The notes: a model not told the origin generated them from the sequence alone. Numbered from the stretch's first letter, positions 7,079 through 16,290 are shown. The stretch: DNA of 20,000 bases from an uncultured virus (IMG/VR IMGVR_UViG_3300028591_000107) (IMGVR_UViG_3300028591_000107); one strand, 5' to 3'. Made by a program: numbers and translations.

Positions 7079-7906
7079 ATGGTAAAGAAAAAGAAATTAA
7101 CACCAGAAGCAGAAAAAGAATTAAAGTTGCGTAAATTAAAGAAAGTTTATGATTTAATTGATGAAGAACTTAAATTAAAGGATCTTCCAGTAATTGAGCA
7201 AGTACATAAGTTAATAGATGCAGCTAATGAATTACAAGGTGAAATATGTCAAAAGTCTGATGATATAAAGATTAATGATTATGAAAAGGCTAAAGAAATT
7301 ACGCCTATTGATAAAAAAACATATCTTGATTTTGTAAATATATGTTCATTAAAGAATAACGATAATCTTAAAGAAAAGGCTATAGATAAATTTGAGGAAG
7401 ATTTTAATAATAGATTGTTTATCACAAATTTAAGACATTCTTTCTTAATGTCATATATGGATGATAAAGATCTTAAAATTACTGATGAAGATAAACAAGA
7501 ATATGTGCCTTATTCTGATTATAATTCTGATGAGTTTGCTAAGTTAATGGAAGAATCAGCAACTAAACGTGAATATATAAATTTGGTATTATGGAGAAGA
7601 TATAAAAATTATGCTAAAGCTGCTGAGTATATTACTAAAGGTGAATTAGAATATAAAGATTTTAAAAATTTGGTTGATTGGGAACATTATAAAGAAGGTG
7701 GTTATCCTACACCAAATTCACCATCAAAAATATGGGCTATATTTGATAGGTTTAATTATGCTCATCGTTTATTGACAAAATGGGAATATAATGACACTTC
7801 TAATAAACTTAAACATGAATTTGGATTAAATATAGAAGAAGTAGAACCACATCCAGTTAAACACCCATGGATGAAAGATGAAGATGACGAAAAGGAAGAT
7901 GAATAA
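7079..7906 (+). CDS. Helical protein, possibly with two T4 DsbA/GapR-like DNA-binding repeats
   Basis: Clear ORF with a basic N-terminus and acidic C-terminus. The segments VHKLIDAANELQGEI..IK...AKEITPIDKKTY and DEFAKLMEESATKREYI...LEYKDFKNLV resemble T4 DsbA by eye. The product call is tentative. Confidence 0.55.
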   Translation: MVKKKKLTPEAEKELKLRKLKKVYDLIDEELKLKDLPVIEQVHKLIDAANELQGEICQKSDDIKINDYEKAKEITPIDKKTYLDFVNICSLKNNDNLKEKAIDKFEEDFNNRLFITNLRHSFLMSYMDDKDLKITDEDKQEYVPYSDYNSDEFAKLMEESATKREYINLVLWRRYKNYAKAAEYITKGELEYKDFKNLVDWEHYKEGGYPTPNSPSKIWAIFDRFNYAHRLLTKWEYNDTSNKLKHEFGLNIEEVEPHPVKHPWMKDEDDEKEDE

Positions 7907-7910
7907 ATAT

Positions 7911-7940
7911 AAAAGGCAATCTTAAATTTAAGGTTGCCTT
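7911..7940. terminator. Hairpin terminator at convergence of + and - gene blocks (probably bidirectional)
   Basis: AAGGCAATCTTAAA/TTTAAGGTTGCCTT near-perfect inverted repeat (7913-7940). It has a T-tract on the minus strand and a G-U pair on the plus strand. Confidence 0.75.
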
Positions 7941-8053
7941 AGTTATTTAAAATATTCACACGGCAGTATCTAGAATACACTCTAGTGAACAATAATTATT
8001 AAAATAATAAACTATATTATTGATAGTATTATAGTATCTCGGTGTGTCTCTAT

Positions 8054-8419
8054 TTAAATTATTGTATTATATAATTCTTCAAAATTAATGTTTGTTTTTT
8101 CTTTGGCGTCATTTTGTACAAAAAATCTAAATAATGTTAAATATGTGTTTGCATCAATTAAATATACTTTATCTTGCCAATTAAATTTAAATTTATTAAT
8201 ATCATCGTAACAATAGCATTTTATTTCATTTATTGATGGTATACTAAAATAATATGCATTTTCTAATATATATGTACTTTGATCAATATTTTCTGATATT
8301 AATAAATCTTTAATTGAGAATATATAATATACTTCGTAATTATTTATATTTCTTTTTACAAGCATTTTTTTACCAATATTATCTTCTGATATCCACAATT
8401 GTTCATCTAATTCTTTCAT
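8054..8419 (-). CDS. Hypothetical protein (121 aa)
   Basis: ATG-started ORF downstream of the tail-tube terminator. No motif recognised. Confidence 0.7.
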   Translation of the reverse strand: MKELDEQLWISEDNIGKKMLVKRNINNYEVYYIFSIKDLLISENIDQSTYILENAYYFSIPSINEIKCYCYDDINKFKFNWQDKVYLIDANTYLTLFRFFVQNDAKEKTNINFEELYNTII

Positions 8420-8440
8420 ATTTTATAATATATATATTTT

Positions 8441-8475
8441 AAAAATAGAGGTACTTAAATATATAAGCACCTCTA
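8441..8475 (-). terminator. Intrinsic terminator after tail tube gene
   Basis: Minus strand reads TAGAGGTGCTTA-TATATT-TAAGTACCTCTA-TTTTT, a 12-bp stem with one G-U pair. Confidence 0.85.
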
Positions 8476-8501
8476 AATTTATATAAAAATAAACAATTTT
8501 A

Positions 8502-9092
8502 TTATGCCATTTCATCATCCCAGTAATCACAACGGAAAGTAATTTCTAATTTACGGGCATCTGTTCCTGAATAATCAAGATCGTTCAATCCACTAACGTT
8601 TGTCAACATATTATTGTGGAATATATATGATCTCCATATTTTACCATTACGATTTGCTTCGGCAATACGTAAGTTATCACTAATATAATCAGTTTTAATA
8701 CCACGTGCACCTGTTTGTAAATCATAAGAAAGATCTTCCCAAGCACGGAATATTTTAAGCACATAGTTATCTGTTACATTACGTAAGTTAAGATTTAAAC
8801 TCATTGTAATTTCAGCAGCTGTTGTATCAAGAACTGGTTGTAAGAATGATACTGTAGCTCCATAGAACTTTTGTTCGCCTGCAGCTGTAGTCTTTTGAAG
8901 TGCATCCAAACCACCAACATTTGTAACTTGTTGTGTAAGAATAACGCTATCTTGTTGAAATACACTAATTTCTTGTAATGCTTGTGGTAAAGTAAAATAT
9001 ACTTCAAATACTGAGTTATGCACTGGATCCCACTTATTAATGCCGGCTTGCATATTTTTTATATGTGGTAAGTGATTTAATTCTTGTTGCAT
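8502..9092 (-). CDS. gp19: Tail tube protein (T4 gp19-like)
   Basis: 196 aa, immediately downstream of the sheath gene. IFRAWEDLSYDLQTG..G...DY, an L-D-Y-S motif and C-terminal ITFRCDYW are typical of contractile tail tubes. Confidence 0.85.
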   Translation of the reverse strand: MQQELNHLPHIKNMQAGINKWDPVHNSVFEVYFTLPQALQEISVFQQDSVILTQQVTNVGGLDALQKTTAAGEQKFYGATVSFLQPVLDTTAAEITMSLNLNLRNVTDNYVLKIFRAWEDLSYDLQTGARGIKTDYISDNLRIAEANRNGKIWRSYIFHNNMLTNVSGLNDLDYSGTDARKLEITFRCDYWDDEMA

Positions 9093-9130
9093 ATTTCAAT
9101 TTATTACTATATTTTTATTATTTCTCTTTT

Positions 9131-9140
9131 TTAAAAATAA
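9131..9140 (-). promoter_or_regulatory. Putative late promoter motif TTATTTTTAA (tail tube)
   Basis: The identical 10-mer is found upstream of five consecutive minus-strand genes. Confidence 0.45.
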
Positions 9141-9153
9141 ATAACATTTATAT

Positions 9154-9179
9154 AAAGTAGGAGGAATTCCTCCTACTTT
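9154..9179 (-). terminator. Terminator/hairpin after tail sheath gene
   Basis: Perfect 26-bp palindrome AAAGTAGGAGGAATTCCTCCTACTTT, 5 nt after the sheath stop. Confidence 0.8.
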
Positions 9180-9184
9180 GTTAT

Positions 9185-12100
9185 TTATTCTGCAATAGAA
9201 GCTTTCATTTGACCTGTTCTATAGATATGTAATTCATGAACCATCTTACCCATTCCACGACCTGGTTCGATATGAGTAGAAAGAATAGCCATTTCATTAT
9301 CGATAATTTCTGGTGTGTTGTTAGATTCATCCATAATATTAACATAATCTATAAGACCACCATTAGCTTTAACTAATTCACATATGTTATTAGCACAATC
9401 AAGAATAGCATTACGTGTACGTTGGTTATTGAATTCCCATTGGTATCTTTGAAGTACCTTTTCAACTTCGTCTTGTAAGTATATAACAAGTTCACGAACA
9501 TGTACTTTAGAAAGTGCTGAAACTGGTGTTTGTTTAGCTGTTTGGTTAGCATTAATAAATGTTCCAAAGTTAGGACGATATACCATACAGTTTACACCAA
9601 ATGGTTCAATAATGTTAAGCTCTTCTTGTGAATACTTATGATCAGGACCAACAAGACCAGCAGCAACAATATTTCCATAATTAGGACCAGCAACAATGTT
9701 ATACGGTTGACGTGTAACATATTTTTCAATAAATAAGTTAGATACAAGACCTGCTGAAGGTATAACTGAATCTATATAACCATCAGAGAATTTAAGTGGT
9801 GTATAGAATCCAACAAATGAAGCACCTTCCGAATCTGTAGGAAGACTAAACTTGATAGATGCACTCTTTTTATAATTAGCGCCATCAACTATATATTGAA
9901 TATTAAATAATCCCTTATTATCAGTAAATGATGCATATGGACATTTAATGAATGTTTTAATTGATGGGAAGTTAGCAATACAGAATGCTGATTGTTTTTC
10001 TTTACATAAGTAAGAAAGTACATTCTTAAGATTATTATCAGGGAATGATTCGAATGTATCAATTACATAACGATAATTAATTTCTGATTTATTAAGAAGT
10101 GCTGTACGAAGACCTTTATAGTCTGTTAATGCACTAAGTAAAGAATTTTGCCATTGAAGTTTAGCATACATTCCAGTTCCTTTTGGTTTGTCATTCTTAT
10201 AAACATAACCTTCAAGATATTGTGGAATCATAGTACCAATTTCTTGATTAAGAGAATTCTCAATACGAATTAATCTATATGTAGTTAATAATGCTTCATC
10301 ACCAGAATCAGGAGTTTCTTTATCACCAGCTGGAGTTAACAATGGTTCTCCAGTTAATAATACATAATGGAATTTGAATTCACCGGCTACTTTTGTACCA
10401 GCTTTAACTTCATTATCATTTTTTTTATAATATTCTGTGCCAATATCTTGTACGTATACATTATCAAAGAAATTATCTTTATCAGCATCATCATTAATTT
10501 TTCCATCACCATTAAAGTCATTTGTACCATCATTTGCAAGAAGAGTATCGCCTTTATGAAGGATAGATAATAATGAATTATCTGTATAATCGTCAGATAT
10601 TAATGCAATAAGACCATCTTGTCCATTAATTGTTTTGGTATTATCAATCTTCCATGAACTTTGAAGATTTATAAATGATACAGAAGGACCGTAAACACCA
10701 TCTTTAAGATTTTCATTACAATATTTTGGTTCTGATAATACTATTTTGTTAATAAAAGTAAATTTTATAATATTATCTATATCATAACTAATATCATGTT
10801 TTATATCTACATCATCTAAACGTGTAATAGAACTAATGATTGTTTCTGGACCATTTAAAGGATTATTTTTATTTAAAAATGCTGAGACTGTATTTTTCTT
10901 ATCTGAATAATATGTTCCATGACCAGAAGTTTTATCAAATGTAACACCACCATCTTGTCCATAAGGTTTAGTTAATAATCCTAATTTTTTTCCAAAATTA
11001 ATAACCTTTTCATACCATTTTGAACCATCAGTATCATTTATACTATCATTATCTTTACTTAAATGTATTGTTACCTTTGTTTCTGGATCACCAACTTGTG
11101 AAAGTACGAATTTTACTCTTTCACTAAGTTTAATATCTTCTATATTTTCATCACCCAAATTTATTTCAGAAACATAAAGTGTACCATATATATTTTTACC
11201 TGATATACTATAAGGTATTAATGGTTTTTCAGTTTCAATATCATAAATATTTGTTTTGAATGAAATTTCATCAGCAATAACAGGAGCATTAACATTTCCA
11301 AGAACTGTTGTTAATGCGTCACCTTTATAAATTTTTGTTAATGAAAGTGTTGAATTTGAAACAAGTTTATGTTGTAATGCATAAGATGTTGGAATTGCAA
11401 GACGTCCAGAAAGATCAATATTTGTACCTTCACCCTCATCAAGCATATCAGTATTAAATGACATCATCATATGATGAATATCTGCATCTGAATTAAATAA
11501 TACATTAAGAGCTGCATATTGACCTAATTTATTTTTAAAATCAGGAATAAGACAACCAATCCAATGACCAATTGCATTAGATGTATTATCATTATAAAGT
11601 GCATCAAGAGTATCAATTGATTCACCAAAAGGATCTATAACTTTATCGCGAAGTTTAATGATTTTTTGACCATCTTCATCTTCTACATCTGTAATGACAA
11701 AGTAATTCTTAAGTGTTTCAGAAGCTAAAATTTGTTTAGCAGTAAACTTACCTTTAAATACATAAATTTCTGCAAAATAATCTGAAATTAAATTATTTTC
11801 ATGACCTTCAAGATATTCAGGTATTTCTTCGGCTTTATCACTATACCAATCATTTACAGTAATATTATATTGTGATACTTTAGTTCCATTTGCTTTACGA
11901 ATAAAATATGTTCCAGAAGAAGCTTTATTATCAGTAATTGCTATGTTGATATATTGATCTAATACATTACCTTCAACAGAGCGTAATCCATTTAATTGAT
12001 TTTCATCAAGTTCCCAAAAACGGTTAGTATCATAAATGTCCTCAACGTTTAGATGAACAGTATCAATTGGATTAAATTTAGGGTTGAAATCAGTTGAAAT

Positions 12101-12415
12101 AGATGCACCCATTACTGTTTCACCATCAAATTTCTTCAAATTCAAACAAAGAATAGGACTTACTTGAAGCATTTGAAGAGCAAGACGATGGAAGTAAATA
12201 CCACGCTTTTCTAATTTTCTACTTGGTTCACCGAAAATTTGCTTAAATTCAGTAGGATCTTTAATATAAACAGGTATATTAAATGGACCCTTTTCTGAAT
12301 ATCCAACAACTAATCTAAGCATTTGAGTATCTTGATTTAAAACAGTAGATTTATCAAAAACAACACGATAAATACCAGCTGCTTTAAATTGTTGCAAATA
12401 TACAGGAATTGCCAT
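9185..12415 (-). CDS. gp18: Tail sheath protein (T4 gp18-like, enlarged, 1076 aa)
   Basis: N-terminal AGIYRVVFDKS..VGYSEKGPFNIPVYI...FKQIFGEP. C-terminal QTAKQTPVSALSKVHVRELVIYL..WEFNNQRTR..MDESNNTPEIIDNE..IEPGRG is the sheath core. Confidence 0.95.
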   Translation of the reverse strand: MAIPVYLQQFKAAGIYRVVFDKSTVLNQDTQMLRLVVGYSEKGPFNIPVYIKDPTEFKQIFGEPSRKLEKRGIYFHRLALQMLQVSPILCLNLKKFDGETVMGASISTDFNPKFNPIDTVHLNVEDIYDTNRFWELDENQLNGLRSVEGNVLDQYINIAITDNKASSGTYFIRKANGTKVSQYNITVNDWYSDKAEEIPEYLEGHENNLISDYFAEIYVFKGKFTAKQILASETLKNYFVITDVEDEDGQKIIKLRDKVIDPFGESIDTLDALYNDNTSNAIGHWIGCLIPDFKNKLGQYAALNVLFNSDADIHHMMMSFNTDMLDEGEGTNIDLSGRLAIPTSYALQHKLVSNSTLSLTKIYKGDALTTVLGNVNAPVIADEISFKTNIYDIETEKPLIPYSISGKNIYGTLYVSEINLGDENIEDIKLSERVKFVLSQVGDPETKVTIHLSKDNDSINDTDGSKWYEKVINFGKKLGLLTKPYGQDGGVTFDKTSGHGTYYSDKKNTVSAFLNKNNPLNGPETIISSITRLDDVDIKHDISYDIDNIIKFTFINKIVLSEPKYCNENLKDGVYGPSVSFINLQSSWKIDNTKTINGQDGLIALISDDYTDNSLLSILHKGDTLLANDGTNDFNGDGKINDDADKDNFFDNVYVQDIGTEYYKKNDNEVKAGTKVAGEFKFHYVLLTGEPLLTPAGDKETPDSGDEALLTTYRLIRIENSLNQEIGTMIPQYLEGYVYKNDKPKGTGMYAKLQWQNSLLSALTDYKGLRTALLNKSEINYRYVIDTFESFPDNNLKNVLSYLCKEKQSAFCIANFPSIKTFIKCPYASFTDNKGLFNIQYIVDGANYKKSASIKFSLPTDSEGASFVGFYTPLKFSDGYIDSVIPSAGLVSNLFIEKYVTRQPYNIVAGPNYGNIVAAGLVGPDHKYSQEELNIIEPFGVNCMVYRPNFGTFINANQTAKQTPVSALSKVHVRELVIYLQDEVEKVLQRYQWEFNNQRTRNAILDCANNICELVKANGGLIDYVNIMDESNNTPEIIDNEMAILSTHIEPGRGMGKMVHELHIYRTGQMKASIAE

Positions 12416-12459
12416 ACTTATATTTTATATATATTTTTATTATTATTAATGTTAATTTA

Positions 12460-12469
12460 TTAAAAATAA
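12460..12469 (-). promoter_or_regulatory. Putative late promoter motif TTATTTTTAA (sheath)
   Basis: Recurring 10-mer about 45 nt upstream of the ATG and downstream of the MCP terminator. Confidence 0.45.
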
Positions 12470-12523
12470 TATTTTTTAATTGTATTGGAATTTAATATTA
12501 TAAATGATTTTAAAAAAATGAAT

Positions 12524-12557
12524 AAAAAACAAGAGACTTATCACTAAGTCTCTTGTT
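12524..12557 (-). terminator. Intrinsic terminator after major capsid gene
   Basis: Minus strand reads AACAAGAGACTTA-GTGA-TAAGTCTCTTGTT-TTTT, a 13-bp stem with a GNRA tetraloop. Confidence 0.9.
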
Positions 12558-12616
12558 GGTTGTGTAGAATAAACTACACAGATAATATATAGAGGCGAGA
12601 ATTGTCTCTACAAAGA

Positions 12617-14389
12617 TTATACTAAACCAAATTCGTTGTTGATAGCAAATGTCAAATATTGTAATTCTGGATAGAAACCAGCTTCAACAATAGCATAACG
12701 GCTATTAACAAGCATCTTTGGAGCCATTGTACCTTCTGCAGTAATAGATACTGTATCAGCAAGGATATAAGGCATAAAGATAACACCAGGAGAGTTACCA
12801 TCACCTTTACGTCCTACACAAACACGTGTATCGTTCCAAGGCATATATGGATCAACATAAACTTTAAGACCTGCAAGAGAACCTGCTAAGAATAAGTTTT
12901 GAGAACCATCTTGTGCCATGTTGTTAGTCATAGGAGCAACAACATATTGAGCTACATCTTGAAGTGCAGTTGCAACTTGAGCATTTGTAACTACCCATGT
13001 AGCACGACCACGACGACCAACTGTTTGTATGATATTAGCAGCTGCTAAGATACGAGAAGAAATACGACGTTGACGTGTATGAGTGTTTTCAGCAGAAGTT
13101 AATGTTTCAACATTAGGAACTGCATTAAAGATACCTTTACGATCAATACCACGGTTATCAATAAAGTCACCAATACCTTCGAAGTCTGCAAGAGCCTTAG
13201 AAGTAGCTGATTTACCCATGTAAAGGTTAAGATCTAAGTTTTGGAACATCTTTTGTTGTACTGCGTTAGTAACACCAAGAGCAAATACTCTTTCAAGAAT
13301 TCTTTGGTTAATAGTTTGAGTAATTTCATTTTGCATAGCTTCCATGATCTTACTTACAGCATCTACACCAAATAATGGAAGATCTTGAAGTTGTTGACGT
13401 GTTACAGCACCAGTAACTTCGTAAGAACCAACTTGTACCCACTTGTTGAATAAACGAAGACCAACAGCATTACCTGTACCTGTTTCATTTTCAGCACGTG
13501 TCATAGGTCTCTTACCACCATCTACGAAGTTAGCGAAACCATCGATAAAGTCAGCAGAAGTTTGAACGAAGTCAGCTTTAGCACCTGCAAGAGCAGTAGC
13601 TTCACCATTACCAATCTTAATAGTTACATCACCATTAAATACTTCAGTAATAGCAGCAGGAGTAGTACCTTTTACACAAGAAATAGTTTCAAGTAAGATA
13701 CCACCATCATTACGTCCAATTCCTTTGAATTGACCTGTATAAGTTGTTCCATCTTCACCAGCAACAACAACTTCTACAATTTCACCAGGAGCAGCAGCTT
13801 TAGCAGCGTCTTTAGCAGCTTTAGCAGCAGCAGCTAATGATTCAAGTTCACCAAGAATCTTAACATAGATAGGTTTGTTTTCTCTACCTTCACCTTTACC
13901 ATCAAATGATGTTAAGTTACCAGTAACGTTCATCTTACCACCAGCATATGGGAAGTCCATATAAGTAAGAACTGTGAAAGGACCTTTAGTTGGGATAACT
14001 GGTACCAATTCAAGACCAATAGTTAACAATGCAACGTTAAGAGCCATTGGAAGAGTTGATACTGGAAGGTCACCAGAACCAGGAAGTTGGTTATGGAAGT
14101 CTGAACCCATAACACCCATATTTTGTGTAGGTAATTGTGATGGTACAGTCATATTACCCATACCCATTGTACCAAGTGGAGTAGCATAAATATTACCCAT
14201 TGTACCAACTTGAGTTGAAGGAACATTATAAGTTGTACCAGCTACACCTTGAATACCCATTTGAGATTCGTGAATTTCGTGGACAGCTGCATATTGAGAA
14301 ACCCATTCAAGTTTTTCTTTATCATCTACATGAAAATTCTCAGTAAGCATTTGCTTCCATTGATTTACACCTTGTTCATTAATAAACAT
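12617..14389 (-). CDS. gp23: Major capsid protein (T4 gp23-like)
   Basis: WKQMLTE N-terminus, LVPVIPTKGP, QLQDL..FGVDA..IMEAMQNEITQTINQRI, GRRGRATWVV, AGSLAGLKVYVDPY, VIFMPY, and GTMAPKMLVNSRY. Confidence 0.95.
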   Translation of the reverse strand: MFINEQGVNQWKQMLTENFHVDDKEKLEWVSQYAAVHEIHESQMGIQGVAGTTYNVPSTQVGTMGNIYATPLGTMGMGNMTVPSQLPTQNMGVMGSDFHNQLPGSGDLPVSTLPMALNVALLTIGLELVPVIPTKGPFTVLTYMDFPYAGGKMNVTGNLTSFDGKGEGRENKPIYVKILGELESLAAAAKAAKDAAKAAAPGEIVEVVVAGEDGTTYTGQFKGIGRNDGGILLETISCVKGTTPAAITEVFNGDVTIKIGNGEATALAGAKADFVQTSADFIDGFANFVDGGKRPMTRAENETGTGNAVGLRLFNKWVQVGSYEVTGAVTRQQLQDLPLFGVDAVSKIMEAMQNEITQTINQRILERVFALGVTNAVQQKMFQNLDLNLYMGKSATSKALADFEGIGDFIDNRGIDRKGIFNAVPNVETLTSAENTHTRQRRISSRILAAANIIQTVGRRGRATWVVTNAQVATALQDVAQYVVAPMTNNMAQDGSQNLFLAGSLAGLKVYVDPYMPWNDTRVCVGRKGDGNSPGVIFMPYILADTVSITAEGTMAPKMLVNSRYAIVEAGFYPELQYLTFAINNEFGLV

Positions 14390-14468
14390 ACGTTTTTATT
14401 CTATAATTTATTTGTTATATTTCATTTTGTATTTTTTTAAAAGTTAATAAATTGAATTTTTAACTTTA

Positions 14469-14478
14469 TTAAAAATAA
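14469..14478 (-). promoter_or_regulatory. Putative late promoter motif TTATTTTTAA (MCP)
   Basis: Recurring 10-mer about 80 nt upstream of the MCP ATG. Confidence 0.4.
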
Positions 14479-14504
14479 TTCATTTTAATGTACTTGGTAA
14501 AAAA

Positions 14505-16244
14505 TTACCATTTTCCCATTTTACGCATTTGATTTGCAATAGTATTATGATAAGCTTGTACTGGATCTACATTCTCATCAATTTGTTTTTCATCTTTCTT
14601 GCTAAAATCTACATTAGCCCAGAATGATTCAAGAACACCAGCTTTTGTAAAATCATAAAGTTTAGAACTTCTTACAATTTCGTCTTGACGAGTTTCATCA
14701 AGTAATTCCCAAGATGGTTTGTATTGGGCAGGCATACTTTCTACTACATATACACCTTTCCATTTTGATGCTTCTTTATCTTCTTTAACAATATCTTCTA
14801 ATGGAGTATTATTGTTAGAAATAGTTTCAAGAAGTGAATCAATTTCCTCAAGACGACCAGCTTTATTTTCGGCTAAGAATGCAGATACATTAGCATTAAC
14901 TGATTCTTCAATTTGTGTCTTATGTTCAGGACCAAATTCTTCTGTAATCCAACCTTCTAATGTTGGAGCAAACTCTTCAGTAATCCATCCTTGGATTTCT
15001 GGTGAATATTCTTCTGTAATCCAATTTTGAATAACAGGGGCAAACTCTTCGGTAATCCATCCTTGTACTTCAGGAGCGAATTCTTCACATACCCAGTTTT
15101 GTACTTCTGGAGCAAATTCTTCAACAACCCAATCTTGAACTTCAGGAGCAAATTCTTCAACTATCCAGTTTTGAACACCTTCAGAAATAGTTTCGATAGA
15201 TTCATTAACCTTATTATTAATTGTTTCATTAACTGATTCATTAACTTCTGCTAATTTTTCATCAATTAATTTAACAATTGACTCCTTAAACTCAGGTCCA
15301 TATTGTTCAGTTACCCATTGCTCAATTGCATCATAATTAACAGGCTTTTGACTATCTAAAGATTCTTTTGCTACATGAAGTTCTGCTTCGATAGATGTTA
15401 CTTTATCAGTAAGCTTATCAATAGCTTCTTTTAAATCTTTCATATCAATGTTGTCATTATTATTATTTTTGTTATTGTCTTTGTCTTTGTCATCTTTTTC
15501 ATCTTTAGAATCCTTTTCATCTTTAGAATCTTTTTCATCTTTAGAATCTTTTTCATCTTTAGAATCTGATGAGTCATCACCATTCTTAGAGTCTTTATCC
15601 TTATCTTTGTCTTTATCCTTATCATCGGTATCTTCACCATCTAATAAGTCATCATCACCTTCGACAATAGCATACATAACATTACCATCATCTGCAGATT
15701 CATTAAGACATTCAAGGGTTTGATTTTCTTTTAATGAAGTAAGTTTAGCTTGACTAAAACCTGGTGTACCAACTAAATCATAAGTTTTAATTGTAGATAA
15801 AGTTACATGAGCAACACCACTTTCATTGGTTATGGTACCTGCACCACGAGAAGAAATATATAATGGAAGACCTCCTTCAACAATTGCCTTAGCAATTTGT
15901 CCTTTTGGAGTATTCAAAAGACATATAGTACCAGTAATAGTACCATCTTCATTCATTTGAATATCTTCAATTTTATGTGATACATTTTCTAGTGTAATAT
16001 TCATTGAGTTTGGATGTTCAAGTTCTCCAGGACAACCTCCATCTTTCTTGATTACATCTTGTAAAGCTTCAACCATTTTACCGTAATTTTCTTTATCATA
16101 AATACGATTATTTTGATTCTTTACACCACATACTCCGAATACTCCATGTAAACGCATTAAACCATCACCATTGTTAGATTCGAATACTTCCAAATTCTTT
16201 ATCTGACCAAGTGTTTCGTAAACTAAACAACGTTTATTTGTCAT
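14505..16244 (-). CDS. gp21: Prohead core protease (gp21-like) fused to scaffold/core (gp22-like) region
   Basis: KNQNNRIY, GELEHP, VSHKI, LNTPKGQIAK, ISSRGAG and YDLVGTPGF are gp21 motifs in roughly the first 170 aa. These are followed by an acidic linker and a helical, repeat-rich C-terminus, directly upstream of the MCP. Confidence 0.9.
   Translation of the reverse strand: MTNKRCLVYETLGQIKNLEVFESNNGDGLMRLHGVFGVCGVKNQNNRIYDKENYGKMVEALQDVIKKDGGCPGELEHPNSMNITLENVSHKIEDIQMNEDGTITGTICLLNTPKGQIAKAIVEGGLPLYISSRGAGTITNESGVAHVTLSTIKTYDLVGTPGFSQAKLTSLKENQTLECLNESADDGNVMYAIVEGDDDLLDGEDTDDKDKDKDKDKDSKNGDDSSDSKDEKDSKDEKDSKDEKDSKDEKDDKDKDNNKNNNNDNIDMKDLKEAIDKLTDKVTSIEAELHVAKESLDSQKPVNYDAIEQWVTEQYGPEFKESIVKLIDEKLAEVNESVNETINNKVNESIETISEGVQNWIVEEFAPEVQDWVVEEFAPEVQNWVCEEFAPEVQGWITEEFAPVIQNWITEEYSPEIQGWITEEFAPTLEGWITEEFGPEHKTQIEESVNANVSAFLAENKAGRLEEIDSLLETISNNNTPLEDIVKEDKEASKWKGVYVVESMPAQYKPSWELLDETRQDEIVRSSKLYDFTKAGVLESFWANVDFSKKDEKQIDENVDPVQAYHNTIANQMRKMGKW
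14928..15179 (-). repeat. 7 x 36-nt (12-aa) coding tandem repeat, consensus EVQxWIxEEFAP
   Basis: Read directly from the translation and DNA. A degenerate eighth copy (AIEQWVTEQYGP) lies at 15294-15329. Confidence 0.95.
15495..15566 (-). repeat. 4 x 18-nt coding tandem repeat (DSKDEK)
   Basis: Plus-strand unit TTTTTCATCTTTAGAATC repeated four times with a single synonymous change. Confidence 0.95.
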
Positions 16245-16280
16245 ACATTATGTGTAACATATTTTTGGTATATAATATAA

Positions 16281-16290
16281 TTAAAAATAA
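16281..16290 (-). promoter_or_regulatory. Putative late promoter motif TTATTTTTAA (protease/scaffold)
   Basis: Recurring 10-mer about 37 nt upstream of the ATG. Confidence 0.45.

Noticed and set aside
14928..15179. 36-nt periodic repeats as a possible CRISPR array
   Set aside because: The units are contiguous with no spacers, vary mostly at codon level and encode a protein repeat. No cas genes are nearby.
14719..15723. Short ORFs 14719-15030, 14957-15160, 15027-15236, 15440-15640 and 15448-15723
   Set aside because: Shadow frames of the repetitive protease-scaffold gene, giving low-complexity translations.
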